A DNA stretch of 64,000 nucleotides from an uncultured bacterium (GCA_937900255.1 CALCDZ010000004.1:100413-164412); one strand, 5' to 3'. Counted from the first letter of the stretch, positions 9,277 to 17,898 are shown. Program-made: numbers and translations. Notes: a model not told the origin generated them from the sequence alone.

Positions 9277-9948
9277 CTACCTCTTGTCCCAACTCTTGAA
9301 GGCGTCACCGGTGATCGGGATGGCCTCGCCGAGATATTTCGGCCTGGCGCGCAATGCCACGTCCAGACAGGCTTTCACGCGCGACGGCAGTTCTCGCGCT
9401 CGATTATAAAACAGGTGCGCGTACGCTTGACGGTCCGCGGGTACGCCGACGGCATCGAGGCCAAGCGCTCTCGCGAGATAGACCGCGCGCGGCAGGTGGA
9501 ACGCCTGCGTCACGATGACGACGGAATCCGCATGAAAGATCGCATGGGCTCGATACATGCTGTCATACGTGTCGAATCCGGCATGGTCGAGGAAGATGTC
9601 CTCTCCGGGCACGCCTTCCGACAACAGGAAATCCTTCATGGCGTTCACCTCGTCGTAGGCCTTCGTCCCATGGTCGCCGCTCAAGAGGAATCGCGGCGCT
9701 TTCCCGCGGCGATACAGGTCGAGCGCCGTGCGCAGGCGATCGGAAAGCATGGGGCTCAGGCCGCCTTTCGGGTAGACACGCGCCCCGAGGACGATGATCG
9801 TGGAGCGCGTCGGCGTTTCCGCGACGGAACGGAAGATGTACGGCTTCGACCGCTCCAGGATGAGGGCATTGCAGGACGCCATCAAGATGCCGATGCAGAC
9901 GACGGCGACGAGACAGAAGATGATGGGGCGAACGCGGCGGCCTATCAT
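9277..9948 (-). CDS. sanA: SanA/YdcF-like (DUF218) membrane-anchored protein
   Basis: N-terminal TM helix followed by TIIVLGARVYPKG...LLSGDHG...VIVTQAFHLPRAVYLA, the DUF218 signature. Confidence 0.7.
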   Translation of the reverse strand: MIGRRVRPIIFCLVAVVCIGILMASCNALILERSKPYIFRSVAETPTRSTIIVLGARVYPKGGLSPMLSDRLRTALDLYRRGKAPRFLLSGDHGTKAYDEVNAMKDFLLSEGVPGEDIFLDHAGFDTYDSMYRAHAIFHADSVVIVTQAFHLPRAVYLARALGLDAVGVPADRQAYAHLFYNRARELPSRVKACLDVALRARPKYLGEAIPITGDAFKSWDKR

Positions 9949-9960
9949 GCGAGGAAGGCG

Positions 9961-10221
9961 CTACCTTCCAAAGAAAAAGACGATGGGTCCTGTGGCGAGT
10001 CCGGCATACAGCGCCATGCGGCCTATGACCCGTGCGGTGGCGTTGTGGGAAAAATAGCGCTTCGTCAGTTTCTGACCCAATACCGTCAATCCGATCGTAA
10101 GAGGAAACGCGATGAAGATGGGCCAAAGGGGCCGAATCTCTTGAGGGGCGAAAATCGTCCAGGTGAGAAGCGTCGAGGCGAGCGCGGGGCCGAGGATGTT
10201 GAGGAAGAAGACGAGGCTCAT
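9961..10221 (-). CDS. Small membrane protein (86 aa, 2-3 TM helices), hypothetical
   Basis: Hydrophobic ORF directly upstream of sanA on the same strand. Confidence 0.4.
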   Translation of the reverse strand: MSLVFFLNILGPALASTLLTWTIFAPQEIRPLWPIFIAFPLTIGLTVLGQKLTKRYFSHNATARVIGRMALYAGLATGPIVFFFGR

Positions 10222-10287
10222 ATCGGATTCATTATAACATGATTAGACATACGGTCGCCCCCAAACCTCCCGGCGCGATTCCGTACA

Positions 10288-10316
10288 AAAACACCTCTCA
10301 AGTGAGAGGTGTTTTT
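10288..10316 (-). terminator. Intrinsic terminator downstream of tRNA-Asp (hairpin AAAAACACCTCTCA-AGTG-AGAGGTGTTTTTG)
   Basis: 11-bp stem followed by a U-tract on the minus strand immediately after the tRNA CCA end. Confidence 0.5.
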
Positions 10317-10318
10317 GC

Positions 10319-10396
10319 TGGCGGGCCAGACGGGATTCGAACCCGCGACCTTCTCCGTGACAGGGAGACGCGATAACCGGGCTTCGCTACTGGCCC
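10319..10396 (-). tRNA. tRNA-Asp (anticodon GTC), encoded CCA
   Basis: Reverse complement folds into a cloverleaf: acceptor GGGCCAG/CTGGCCC, anticodon stem TCTCC/GGAGA with loop CTGTCAC, T-arm GCGGG-TTCGAAT-CCCGT, then GCCA at the 3' end. Confidence 0.85.
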
Positions 10397-10494
10397 ATTT
10401 TTTGACTGGCTTAATGTAGCATAGGGGCTCCAGGAAGACAAGGGGGCCTCGGGGGGCTTCATTCCTCGGTCTTTTTGCCTTATACTGTCATGGT

Positions 10495-10857
10495 ATGGAG
10501 GAGCTGCCGTTCATCTCCAAATTGGCGCACGATCCGGTGCGCGCGTACGTGGAGACCTTGCTGGCCAAGGCAGGTTTCGCGCATGCGGGCGGCGTAGAGC
10601 GGGCTGAGGCGGTCGAGACGCTTACGGCCGAAGCCGAACGTCGCATCGGCCTGGAACTGATGCAGGCCGTCGATCCGCATTCGCTGCAGGCCTTCCGGCA
10701 GTTGGCGGCGGAGGACGCCACGGAAGAGGAGCTGGCGGCCTTCTTCGACGTGCGCGTTCCGGACGCCGAGGCGCGCGTCCGGCAGGCGCTTGAAGCGTTC
10801 GGACGCGAGTGTCTTGAACGGGCTACCGCATTGCGCGCCGAACTGCATCTGTCATGA
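10495..10857 (+). CDS. Small acidic helical protein, DUF5663-like, hypothetical
   Basis: 120 aa. Pattern LLAKAGF...EAVETL...EEELAAFFDVRVPDAEARV resembles DUF5663-family proteins. Stop overlaps the next start (ATGA). Confidence 0.4.
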   Translation: MEELPFISKLAHDPVRAYVETLLAKAGFAHAGGVERAEAVETLTAEAERRIGLELMQAVDPHSLQAFRQLAAEDATEEELAAFFDVRVPDAEARVRQALEAFGRECLERATALRAELHLS

Positions 10858-12266
10858 AGGCATCGGATCTGCGCCGTCATTTGCTGGATGACGAGCTCGA
10901 ACGCCTGGACCTCGCATCGGACCGCGCGGAGGCCGTATCCGCTTTCCGTTCGATCGTGGACCGGCTCGCGGAAACGGAGCGCCGCTTCGCTTTGGACAGG
11001 AGCGCCCGCGATAAAGTCGCGGTCCGTGCCGCAAGCCTGCTTCAGGCGTCTTCTCCCGTTCCGGTCTCGACCAGGCTGGCGTTCCTGAAAGGCGATTGGC
11101 ACGGGCGCGCGGCGGCCGCTTCCGCGCTGTTGCACGAGGGGGATGCGCTTCGGTGCGTCGGCAGCCTGTCTGTGCGTGCGTGGCGGGACGGTCATGGCGA
11201 GCGCCGAGGCCTGCTCGATGGCGCCGAGGCGGCACGGGCGCTGGCGACCGCGTTTCGGGAAGTCGGTTCGCCCGGGGTCCTGAAGGCGCAGGAAGAACTC
11301 AGGGGCTCGGCGGCCGTGGCTTTGCGTCACGAGAGGGGAGGCTCGGCGGTTTGGGAACGGGCGCTGCGCCCGCTGCTCCGGGAGTTCGCCTGGAACGCGC
11401 AGGGCATCGGCAAGGATCGGCGGGATGCCGCGCTCGAAGCGATCAAGGCTTCGGCCGTCCTGACCGGTCAGGCCCGGCAAGGGGTCCGTGACGATCTCCC
11501 GGTCCTCCTTGGGTCCGCGGCGCGGGCGTCCTTGTCTGTCCGTCGTTCGGAGGTGCCGGCAGCACCGTCTGCCCTCAACCTTTTGGCCGAAGAGATGAAA
11601 GCCCGCAACAGGCTTCGGTCGGAGATTTTCGGCGTCCTTGAAGGCGATGAGGACCGTCTTTTCGGAGCCAGCGCCATCGGAGCCGTCTTGAGCACCGCCA
11701 TCGTGCGCCGTCGATCCATCAGGACTTCTCCGGCACCTCTCCTCGGCCTGATCTTGCCTGAAGCCTGGGTCGAACGTTTCGCCCACCTGACGGCGGCAGA
11801 TGCCGCCGGCGAGCTCGAACGTCTCGCGGTGGACCCTCGTTTGCACCGGGATGCGCAAGTCGCGGCCGAGTTCGCGTCTGGAGTCGTCAAGGCACACCCA
11901 GCCGTCGTCCGCGTCTCGTTCGCGGAAGCGCTCGGCCTGCAGCCTCCGCCGCTGCGCTTCGACCGGCTTCCGATCGGACGGCTTTTCCGTGCCGCGCCGC
12001 GCGGCAAGCGCCCTGCCCGCATGCTCTGCCGAGGGAAGAACGGGCGATTGATCCGTTGCCGGGCGGTGGCCGATACGACCGGCGCCATGGTCGGATACGT
12101 GGCGTTCGACCCCCTGAGCCGCGAGTACGGCGGTCGTCCGTTGTTCGCGGCCTACGGGCTCGACGGGCAGCGTCAGGGCTACGCTTGGGCCGATGAGACG
12201 CTCTATCGCTGGGCCGGGGTTCCGGAGCAAGGTTTCGTCAGCGTACCGGAATCGATCCCGCTTTGA
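10854..12266 (+). CDS. Hypothetical Ala/Arg/Leu-rich helical protein (470 aa)
   Basis: Protein-like heptad/helical composition on the plus strand and translational coupling with the upstream gene. The competing 580-aa minus-strand ORF is Arg/Pro-rich junk. Confidence 0.4.
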   Translation: MKASDLRRHLLDDELERLDLASDRAEAVSAFRSIVDRLAETERRFALDRSARDKVAVRAASLLQASSPVPVSTRLAFLKGDWHGRAAAASALLHEGDALRCVGSLSVRAWRDGHGERRGLLDGAEAARALATAFREVGSPGVLKAQEELRGSAAVALRHERGGSAVWERALRPLLREFAWNAQGIGKDRRDAALEAIKASAVLTGQARQGVRDDLPVLLGSAARASLSVRRSEVPAAPSALNLLAEEMKARNRLRSEIFGVLEGDEDRLFGASAIGAVLSTAIVRRRSIRTSPAPLLGLILPEAWVERFAHLTAADAAGELERLAVDPRLHRDAQVAAEFASGVVKAHPAVVRVSFAEALGLQPPPLRFDRLPIGRLFRAAPRGKRPARMLCRGKNGRLIRCRAVADTTGAMVGYVAFDPLSREYGGRPLFAAYGLDGQRQGYAWADETLYRWAGVPEQGFVSVPESIPL

Positions 12267-12327
12267 AGGAAAAGAAAACGACCCGGCCTGCGTCAGATGA
12301 CGCGGGTCGGGTCTTGCGTTCGGGCTG

Positions 12328-13005
12328 TCAGGGGAGCGGTCGAAACGCCTGCTTCAACTCGTCGGCGTTTTGCGGAGACCCCACGATCTTCTCCCGAGTT
12401 TCCGGCGTGAAGACCGCTTCGAACACGGCGTCTGCGTGCAACGCAAGGTCGCAGAGGGGAATCGGATCTACTTGGACAGGCGTCCTGCCTCCCCAGTGCT
12501 CCGGCTTGAACCAGTAGCCATCGACATTCCCGGTCGCCGGCAGACCGCAGCAGACGCAGTTGACCTGCGGCTTCGGGGTACCGCGTTCGGCAGCAAGTCC
12601 TGCTTTCTCAGGCGGCTGCGAGAAGGCCTCCAGCATTTCCTCCTTGAAACGCTCGAAGCCCTTCATGTGCGCGGCCTCCACTTCGGCCTTGGCACGAGCC
12701 AGCTCTTCTTTCATCAACGCCACTCTGAGCAGATTCAGCTCCCTTGAGGAGGCTTCCAGGGCTGCCCGATCGGCAGCGCGTTCTGCCGCATGCCGCTCCT
12801 CCGCTTCCCGGAGCGCCGCTTTGAAGGTCTCTTCCAGGGCTGCCCGATCGGCAGCGCGTTCCGCCGCATGCCGCTCCGCCTCTTGGAGCGCTGCTTCGGC
12901 AGCTTTGGCTGCGTCCTTTTTGCTCTGCTCGAGATTGTGTCGGAGCCGACGGTTCTCTTGAGCGAATGCAAGGAGCTTCTGCTGGTCAGTCCCTTGGGCA
13001 TCCAT
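12328..13005 (-). CDS. Coiled-coil protein with a C-terminal Cys-containing domain, hypothetical
   Basis: 225 aa. N-terminal two-thirds heptad-like with an exact tandem duplication (HAAERAADRAALE...). C-terminal NCVCCGLPATG and a globular tail. Confidence 0.5.
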   Translation of the reverse strand: MDAQGTDQQKLLAFAQENRRLRHNLEQSKKDAAKAAEAALQEAERHAAERAADRAALEETFKAALREAEERHAAERAADRAALEASSRELNLLRVALMKEELARAKAEVEAAHMKGFERFKEEMLEAFSQPPEKAGLAAERGTPKPQVNCVCCGLPATGNVDGYWFKPEHWGGRTPVQVDPIPLCDLALHADAVFEAVFTPETREKIVGSPQNADELKQAFRPLP

Positions 13006-13103
13006 GTCTACACTCCTCTGTGGGGTTGTTCGTGTCGAAAGGACGGGGCACGGCTTGCGTGAAGCCGGGACCCCTTACGAAAGGGGACACGGCAGCATCC
13101 CAT

Positions 13104-13146
13104 GAAAAACCAAAAAAGTCAAGACGCGCATCGGCATCCTGACTTT
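13104..13146 (-). terminator. Intrinsic terminator of the infC-rpmI-rplT operon
   Basis: Minus-strand hairpin AAGTCAGGATGCCGATGCGCGTCTTGACTT followed by TTTTTGGTTTTT. Confidence 0.5.
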
Positions 13147-13157
13147 CCTGTTCGGGC

Positions 13158-13517
13158 TTATTTTGCGGCCAGCTTGACGGTCGTCTCGACTAAGGCCTTG
13201 AAGACGGCCGGATGATTGGCGGCCAGGTCGGCCAGGACCTTGCGGTCGAGGGCGATGTTGGCTTTCTTGAGCATTGCGGCGAACTTGCTGTAGCTCAGGC
13301 CATTCTCGTGGAGACCGGCATTGAGGCGGATCAGCCAGAGGCTCCGGAACGCGCGCTTCTTGTTGCGGCGGTCGCGGTAGGCGTAGGCGCCGGCCTTGGT
13401 GGCGGCGGTCTTGGCCAGCTTGATCTTGCTCTTGCGGCCCCACATCATTCCCTTGGTCTTCTTCAGGATGCGGGCTCGCTTGCGGGCGCGGACTTTTCCT
13501 CGTTTGACGCGCGGCAT
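13158..13517 (-). CDS. rplT: 50S ribosomal protein L20
   Basis: MPRVKRG... N-terminus and overall conservation. Operon with rpmI/infC. Confidence 0.9.
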   Translation of the reverse strand: MPRVKRGKVRARKRARILKKTKGMMWGRKSKIKLAKTAATKAGAYAYRDRRNKKRAFRSLWLIRLNAGLHENGLSYSKFAAMLKKANIALDRKVLADLAANHPAVFKALVETTVKLAAK

Positions 13518-13518
13518 A

Positions 13519-13719
13519 TCAGACGTCGTGGTTAGGGAGCAGGCTCTTCAAGGAGTGCCGGTAGGATTCGGACATGTTCGTGTCCCGGCGCTTCTTCTTC
13601 GTGACCTTGCCGGTATCGCGCGCGTTGAAGTGGTCCTGCCCGGCGTGCCGCTTGAGCAGCTTGCCGTTCTTGGTCACCTTGATGCGCTTGGCGAAGGCTT
13701 TCTTCGTCTTTGCTTTCAT
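13519..13719 (-). CDS. rpmI: 50S ribosomal protein L35
   Basis: 66-aa Lys-rich protein MKAKTKKAFAKRIKVTKNGK. Position between infC and rplT. Confidence 0.85.
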   Translation of the reverse strand: MKAKTKKAFAKRIKVTKNGKLLKRHAGQDHFNARDTGKVTKKKRRDTNMSESYRHSLKSLLPNHDV

Positions 13720-13758
13720 AGATGCGTGATGATTGACCGTTGAAAATGCCGGTCAAGC

Positions 13759-14310
13759 TTACTTCTTTCCCACGATGGTTGTCAACTGGCCGCCCTGGGC
13801 CTGGATCGGCTGCTCGGTCGTCAGGGGGAACTTCTGCTGGAGCTGCCGCACGAAGCCCGCGATGACGCCCTTGGCCAGCTCGGCGTGGGCCTTTTCGCGC
13901 CCGCGCAGGATGATCTCGATCCGGAGCTTGTCGCCCTCGTCCAGGAACTTCTCGGCCAGGCGCATGCGGGTCTCCAGGTCGTGGGCGCCGATGCGGGGGG
14001 AGAGGCGGATGCCTTTGACTTCCACCTGCTTGGCCTTGGCCTTCTGCTTGCGCATCTCGCGCTCGCGCTCGTATTTGAACTGTCCGAGGTTGAGGATCTT
14101 GGCGATCGGCGGCTGGGGCCGAGGATCGACTTCCACCAGGTCATACCCGCGTTCCTGCGCGATGCCGACGGCCTGCATCGTGGAGAGGACGCCCAGGTTG
14201 ACGCCGTTCTCGTCGATGACGCGGACTTCGGGCGCGAGGATCTGCTGGTTCGCCCGGTACAGCGGGGCCGTTTCGACGGGACGGTGGAACTTTTTGGGAT
14301 GGATGCGCAT
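13759..14310 (-). CDS. infC: Translation initiation factor IF-3
   Basis: Conserved IF3 N- and C-domain motifs (VRVIDENG, GYDLVEV, KGIRLSPRIGAHDLETR). Confidence 0.85.
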   Translation of the reverse strand: MRIHPKKFHRPVETAPLYRANQQILAPEVRVIDENGVNLGVLSTMQAVGIAQERGYDLVEVDPRPQPPIAKILNLGQFKYEREREMRKQKAKAKQVEVKGIRLSPRIGAHDLETRMRLAEKFLDEGDKLRIEIILRGREKAHAELAKGVIAGFVRQLQQKFPLTTEQPIQAQGGQLTTIVGKK

Positions 14311-14504
14311 TGGCGGTTTTCCCCCTCTTTTTGGGTCGGGAGGGGTCAGGAGAGTTATGTACGCTGGCCACTATAGCCGATTGGCTGAAATCAGGCAAGA
14401 TTCGGCAGGGTCTTGACAGCGGTCACGAGACATGATAGCGTGCATGTCGAACGACACCCATTCCGGGTGTGCGACGAAATCCTCGACGACCCAGGAGGTA
14501 CAGG

Positions 14505-14600
14505 ATGACCGGACCGCCCAACAGCCCCTTCCACGCCGACGCGACTATCACCATGAACCCGTCCACCACCGCGACCAGCCACACCGGCGACGGCAGCTAG
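14505..14600 (+). CDS. Candidate 31-aa small ORF (MTGPPNSPFHADATITMNPSTTATSHTGDGS) with a strong SD, followed by a GC hairpin
   Basis: AGGAGGT 5 nt upstream of the ATG. Below the ORF-track cutoff. Stop followed directly by the GCAGCCGC/GCGGCTGC hairpin. Confidence 0.25.
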   Translation: MTGPPNSPFHADATITMNPSTTATSHTGDGS

Positions 14601-14747
14601 CAGCCGCCGCGCGGCTGCTCGCTGTCGCGGGACGGCTCGATGATCGATCCGTCCCGGCTCAACCCTCCGCCACCGCCCACGATCTCGTTCGTGGGCGTTG
14701 CTATTTCAGGCATATTTTACGGCGATCGATCACGGACATGGGGTCGG

Positions 14748-14803
14748 CTGAAAACAAAGAGCACCCGGACGCGAGAACGAGGTGTGCTCTTTTCGTCACG
14801 GGC
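14748..14803. repeat. Copy 1 of an approximately 50-nt hairpin repeat (CTGAAAACAAAGAGCACCCGGACG-GAGA-CGAGG-GTGCTCTTT-CGTC), bidirectional-terminator-like
   Basis: About 90% identical to the copy at 15600..15653. Stem AAAGAGCAC/GTGCTCTTT flanked by A-run and T-run. Confidence 0.55.
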
Positions 14804-14812
14804 GCTCGAGAT

Positions 14813-15118
14813 TTACCGGAGGGTGAGGTACCCGCTGCGGTCTCGGATGCAGTAGCAGCCGGAGCATTCGAACTCTTGACCCCCGGGCCGCATGCGGATG
14901 TAGCCGCGCACGAGCCAACTTTCGCCGGACCCGTCTTCGCGCGTGAGACCGGTGATGCGCACCTCGTGCACGGTCGCGCCGCTGATCATGCGATTCGGGT
15001 CCATCGTAATCCCGAAGCGCACGCGAATCTGCGTCTCCGTCGTCCCATAGCCGAGGGAAACGAAGAGATCGTGCTTCGAAGGGCCCTCAACTATATAGTG
15101 AAGCTGATTTCGTGCCAT
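14813..15118 (-). CDS. Hypothetical small protein (101 aa)
   Basis: Excellent SD (AGGAGGTGCCGT-ATG on the minus strand). Globular composition. Ends at repeat copy 1. Confidence 0.5.
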   Translation of the reverse strand: MARNQLHYIVEGPSKHDLFVSLGYGTTETQIRVRFGITMDPNRMISGATVHEVRITGLTREDGSGESWLVRGYIRMRPGGQEFECSGCYCIRDRSGYLTLR

Positions 15119-15139
15119 ACGGCACCTCCTGGCAGGAAC

Positions 15140-15595
15140 ATGTCTCTGAATGGGCAGAAACGACCCCTGAGCCTTGCGGCCGACCTCCCCATACGGGCAG
15201 GAATTATCGGACGTCTAAAGATAGCACGAAAAGGCGGTTTTGTCAATGTCCTCCGTACCGCCTTGACATCCGCAGTCGACATCGGGCAGGACGCCGTCAT
15301 ATCCTTAACCCATATGGGCATGCTTTCCACCGACGATCTCCACGCCATCGGCACGATCGTGGATGAGAAGATCAAGGCGAATAATGAGATCCAGACCGCG
15401 GCGATCACCGAGACGATCCTTTTGGTCGTGAAAGATGGTTTTGATGGGGTCGATGCGCGTTTCGACGAGATGGCGACAAAGGTTGAATTGAACGAAATGA
15501 GGCATGAATTGATGGATCATACCGACCGCGTCGTCCAGAAGTCGGTAGGGGAGTTGCGGGCGGAATTGCGTGAAGCGAACGTGCTGGCGTCCTAA
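15140..15595 (+). CDS. Hypothetical helical protein (up to 151 aa; start uncertain)
   Basis: Only the C-terminal part of ORF 14432..15595 looks protein-like (EKIKANNEIQTAAITETILLVVKDGFDGVDARFDEMATKVELNEMRHEL). Ends at repeat copy 2. Confidence 0.35.
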   Translation: MSLNGQKRPLSLAADLPIRAGIIGRLKIARKGGFVNVLRTALTSAVDIGQDAVISLTHMGMLSTDDLHAIGTIVDEKIKANNEIQTAAITETILLVVKDGFDGVDARFDEMATKVELNEMRHELMDHTDRVVQKSVGELRAELREANVLAS

Positions 15596-15599
15596 ACCC

Positions 15600-15653
15600 C
15601 TGAAAACAAAGAGCACCCGGACGAGAGCGAGGGGTGCTCTTTGCGTCGTGGGT
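15600..15653. repeat. Copy 2 of the approximately 50-nt hairpin repeat (perfect 10-bp stem AAAGAGCACC/GGTGCTCTTT)
   Basis: See copy 1. Sits between convergent genes (15140..15595 + and 15658..15966 -). Confidence 0.55.
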
Positions 15654-15657
15654 GCGG

Positions 15658-15966
15658 TCAGGCGGACAACAGGTGGTCGACCACCCGCTCGTAGAGCGGC
15701 AGGAGGATCCAGTGCATCTGCTGGGTCGCCTCGTCCGTCCCCAGGGACGTTTCGCATCGGCAGGTGAGATGCAGCGGGCGCCCCGTCCAGGGGGACTTAT
15801 GGAGCTCGATGGAGCCTCCGTTGAACATGACCATGAAACCGTCCTTCGTCAACTGGAGATCGGTCGCCTTGGGGCTGCCGAACACCTCCGGGTGAATCGA
15901 GCGGTAGTTGGGATGGACGTAGCGAATGAGCTGGTTGAGGATCCCGTCGATGGCCTCTTGGTTCAT
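15658..15966 (-). CDS. Hypothetical protein (102 aa from the internal ATG; the ORF extends to 16041)
   Basis: MNQEAIDGILNQLIRYVHPNYRS... globular composition. No recognisable domain. Confidence 0.4.
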   Translation of the reverse strand: MNQEAIDGILNQLIRYVHPNYRSIHPEVFGSPKATDLQLTKDGFMVMFNGGSIELHKSPWTGRPLHLTCRCETSLGTDEATQQMHWILLPLYERVVDHLLSA

Positions 15967-16117
15967 CGTGATCTCCTTGTTGTTGGAGGGTCGTCGATTG
16001 AGAGTTTTCGTAACGGCCCACTCTAGCAGTAATCTGACCATTTGTCAACCCTGACTCTCGGACTTGACCCTCTTCTATAGGTGTGATATCAATTCCCAGT
16101 AAGATACTAGGAATTGA

Positions 16118-16504
16118 ATGAAGTCCCTCTTGAAGGTCACTCGGCAGGCCGAACTCGGTTTGATCCTCGTTTCCGAACTCGCTCTCCACCCGGGGGAGCT
16201 GGTTTCGCTTGAGGCGGTCTCCAAAAAGACCGGGGCGTCCCGCAAGTTCCTGGAGCAGGTGGCCGGTGGGCTTCGGAAAGCGGGGTTGGTCGAAGGCGTG
16301 CGCGGCGCGGCCGGCGGGTATCGGCTGCGGCGGGCGGCGAAAGCCATCACCGTGGCGGAGGTGCTGCACGCCGTGGAAGGGCCGATGGACATCGACGCCT
16401 GCACGGCGCATGCCCACGGACACGCGGACTTGAGCATCATCACCAAGGTGCAGGGCCAAGTGATGGCGACCTTGATGAACACCTCGATGGCGGAACTCGC
16501 CTGA
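16118..16504 (+). CDS. Rrf2-family (IscR/SufR-like) transcriptional regulator
   Basis: N-terminal wHTH. 128 aa. Immediately upstream of sufB with a 1-nt gap. Confidence 0.8.
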   Translation: MKSLLKVTRQAELGLILVSELALHPGELVSLEAVSKKTGASRKFLEQVAGGLRKAGLVEGVRGAAGGYRLRRAAKAITVAEVLHAVEGPMDIDACTAHAHGHADLSIITKVQGQVMATLMNTSMAELA

Positions 16505-16505
16505 T

Positions 16506-17897
16506 ATGCCCGCTACGGACTTCCGCGACGTCTACGACAAGGCCGCCACCGGCGTGACGCGCCACGCCTCCGCGCTCGGATTGACCGAAGAGGTCGTTCG
16601 GGAGATTTCGGCGTCCAAGGGTGAGCCGGAGTGGATGCTGGAGCTGCGGCTGAAAGCGTACGCGATGTACAAGCGCACGCCCAACCCTTCGTGGGGACCG
16701 GACCTCTCCGCGCTCGACCTCGATCAGATCACATATTTCGTGCGCCCGGATGCCGAAGAGTCGCAGTCCTGGGCCACGGTGCCGGACAAGATCCGCGAGA
16801 CCTTCGAGAAGCTCGGCATCCCGGAGGCGGAACGCCACGCGCTTTCGGGCGTCGGCGCGCAGTACGACTCCGAAGTCGTCTACCACAACCTCAAGAAGGA
16901 ATGGGAAGACAAGGGCGTGATCTTCGAGAACATGGACGTGGCGGTGCAGAAGTATCCGGAACTGGTGAAACGCTACTTCATGACCGATTGCATCCCGCCG
17001 CACGACCACAAGTTCATCATGATGCACGCCGCCGTCTGGAGCGGCGGCACCTTCATCTACGTGCCGAAGGGCGTGAAGGTGAACGTGCCGCTCCAGGCCT
17101 ATTTCCGCATGAACGCCGAACGCGGCGGCCAGTTCGAGCACACGCTCATCATCGCCGACGAAGGTTCCGAGATCCAATACATCGAAGGCTGTTCGGCGCC
17201 GCGCTACAACGCCAGCTCGATCCATGCCGGTTGCGTGGAACTGCACGTGCTGAAGGGCGCGCGTATCCGCTATTCGAGCGTCGAGAACTGGAGCAAGAAC
17301 ACCTACAACCTGAACACCAAGCGCGCCGTGGTCGACGAGGACGGCGTGGTGGAATGGGTGAACGGCAACATGGGTTCGGGCGTCACCATGCTTTACCCCT
17401 GCTCCATCCTGCGGGGCGAGCGCGCGCAGTCGCATTCCTTGGGCGTGGCATTCGCCGGCCCCGGACAGAACCAGGACACCGGCTCGAAAGTCATCCATGC
17501 CGCGCCGCGCACCACGAGCACCATCCGCGCCAAGAGCATCTCGAAAGGCGGCGGCGTCTCCTCGTACCGCGGCTACGTCAGCGCGACCGCTGCGGCCGTG
17601 GATTCCACGTCGAGCGTCACCTGCGACGCGCTGCTCATCGACGCCGGGTCCGTCTCCAACACCTACCCTTCGATGAAAGTCACGACCGACAAGGTCGAGG
17701 TGGCGCACGAGGCGACGGTCGGCAAGATCGGCGAAGAGGAGCTCTTCTACCTGATGTCGCGCGGGCTCACCCAGGAGGCGGCCATGCGTATGATCGTGAG
17801 CGGCTTCGTCGAGCCGATCGTGAAATCCCTTCCGCTCGAATACGCGGTGGAGCTCAATAAGCTGATCGAGCTCGAAATGGAAGGTTCCGTCGGCTGA
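16506..17897 (+). CDS. sufB: Fe-S cluster assembly protein SufB
   Basis: 463 aa with a strongly conserved SufB core (GCSAPRY, HAAPRTTSTIRAKSISKGGG). Confidence 0.95.
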   Translation: MPATDFRDVYDKAATGVTRHASALGLTEEVVREISASKGEPEWMLELRLKAYAMYKRTPNPSWGPDLSALDLDQITYFVRPDAEESQSWATVPDKIRETFEKLGIPEAERHALSGVGAQYDSEVVYHNLKKEWEDKGVIFENMDVAVQKYPELVKRYFMTDCIPPHDHKFIMMHAAVWSGGTFIYVPKGVKVNVPLQAYFRMNAERGGQFEHTLIIADEGSEIQYIEGCSAPRYNASSIHAGCVELHVLKGARIRYSSVENWSKNTYNLNTKRAVVDEDGVVEWVNGNMGSGVTMLYPCSILRGERAQSHSLGVAFAGPGQNQDTGSKVIHAAPRTTSTIRAKSISKGGGVSSYRGYVSATAAAVDSTSSVTCDALLIDAGSVSNTYPSMKVTTDKVEVAHEATVGKIGEEELFYLMSRGLTQEAAMRMIVSGFVEPIVKSLPLEYAVELNKLIELEMEGSVG

Positions 17898-17898
17898 T

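Noticed and set aside
10488-12230. 580-aa minus-strand ORF
   Set aside because: Translation is dominated by R/P/G/A runs. The plus strand carries two protein-like ORFs with an ATGA start/stop overlap. Typical high-GC antisense artefact.
14432-15139. N-terminal 236 codons of the 387-aa ORF 14432..15595
   Set aside because: His/Arg/Pro-rich junk translation that overlaps a well-supported minus-strand gene (14813..15118, strong SD) and the hairpin repeat. Only the C-terminal 151 codons were kept, at low confidence.
14748-15653. Repeat-flanked segment as a transposon or insertion sequence
   Set aside because: No transposase. Repeats are direct, not inverted, and are themselves terminator-like hairpins. 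Kept only as a repeat family or possible cassette.
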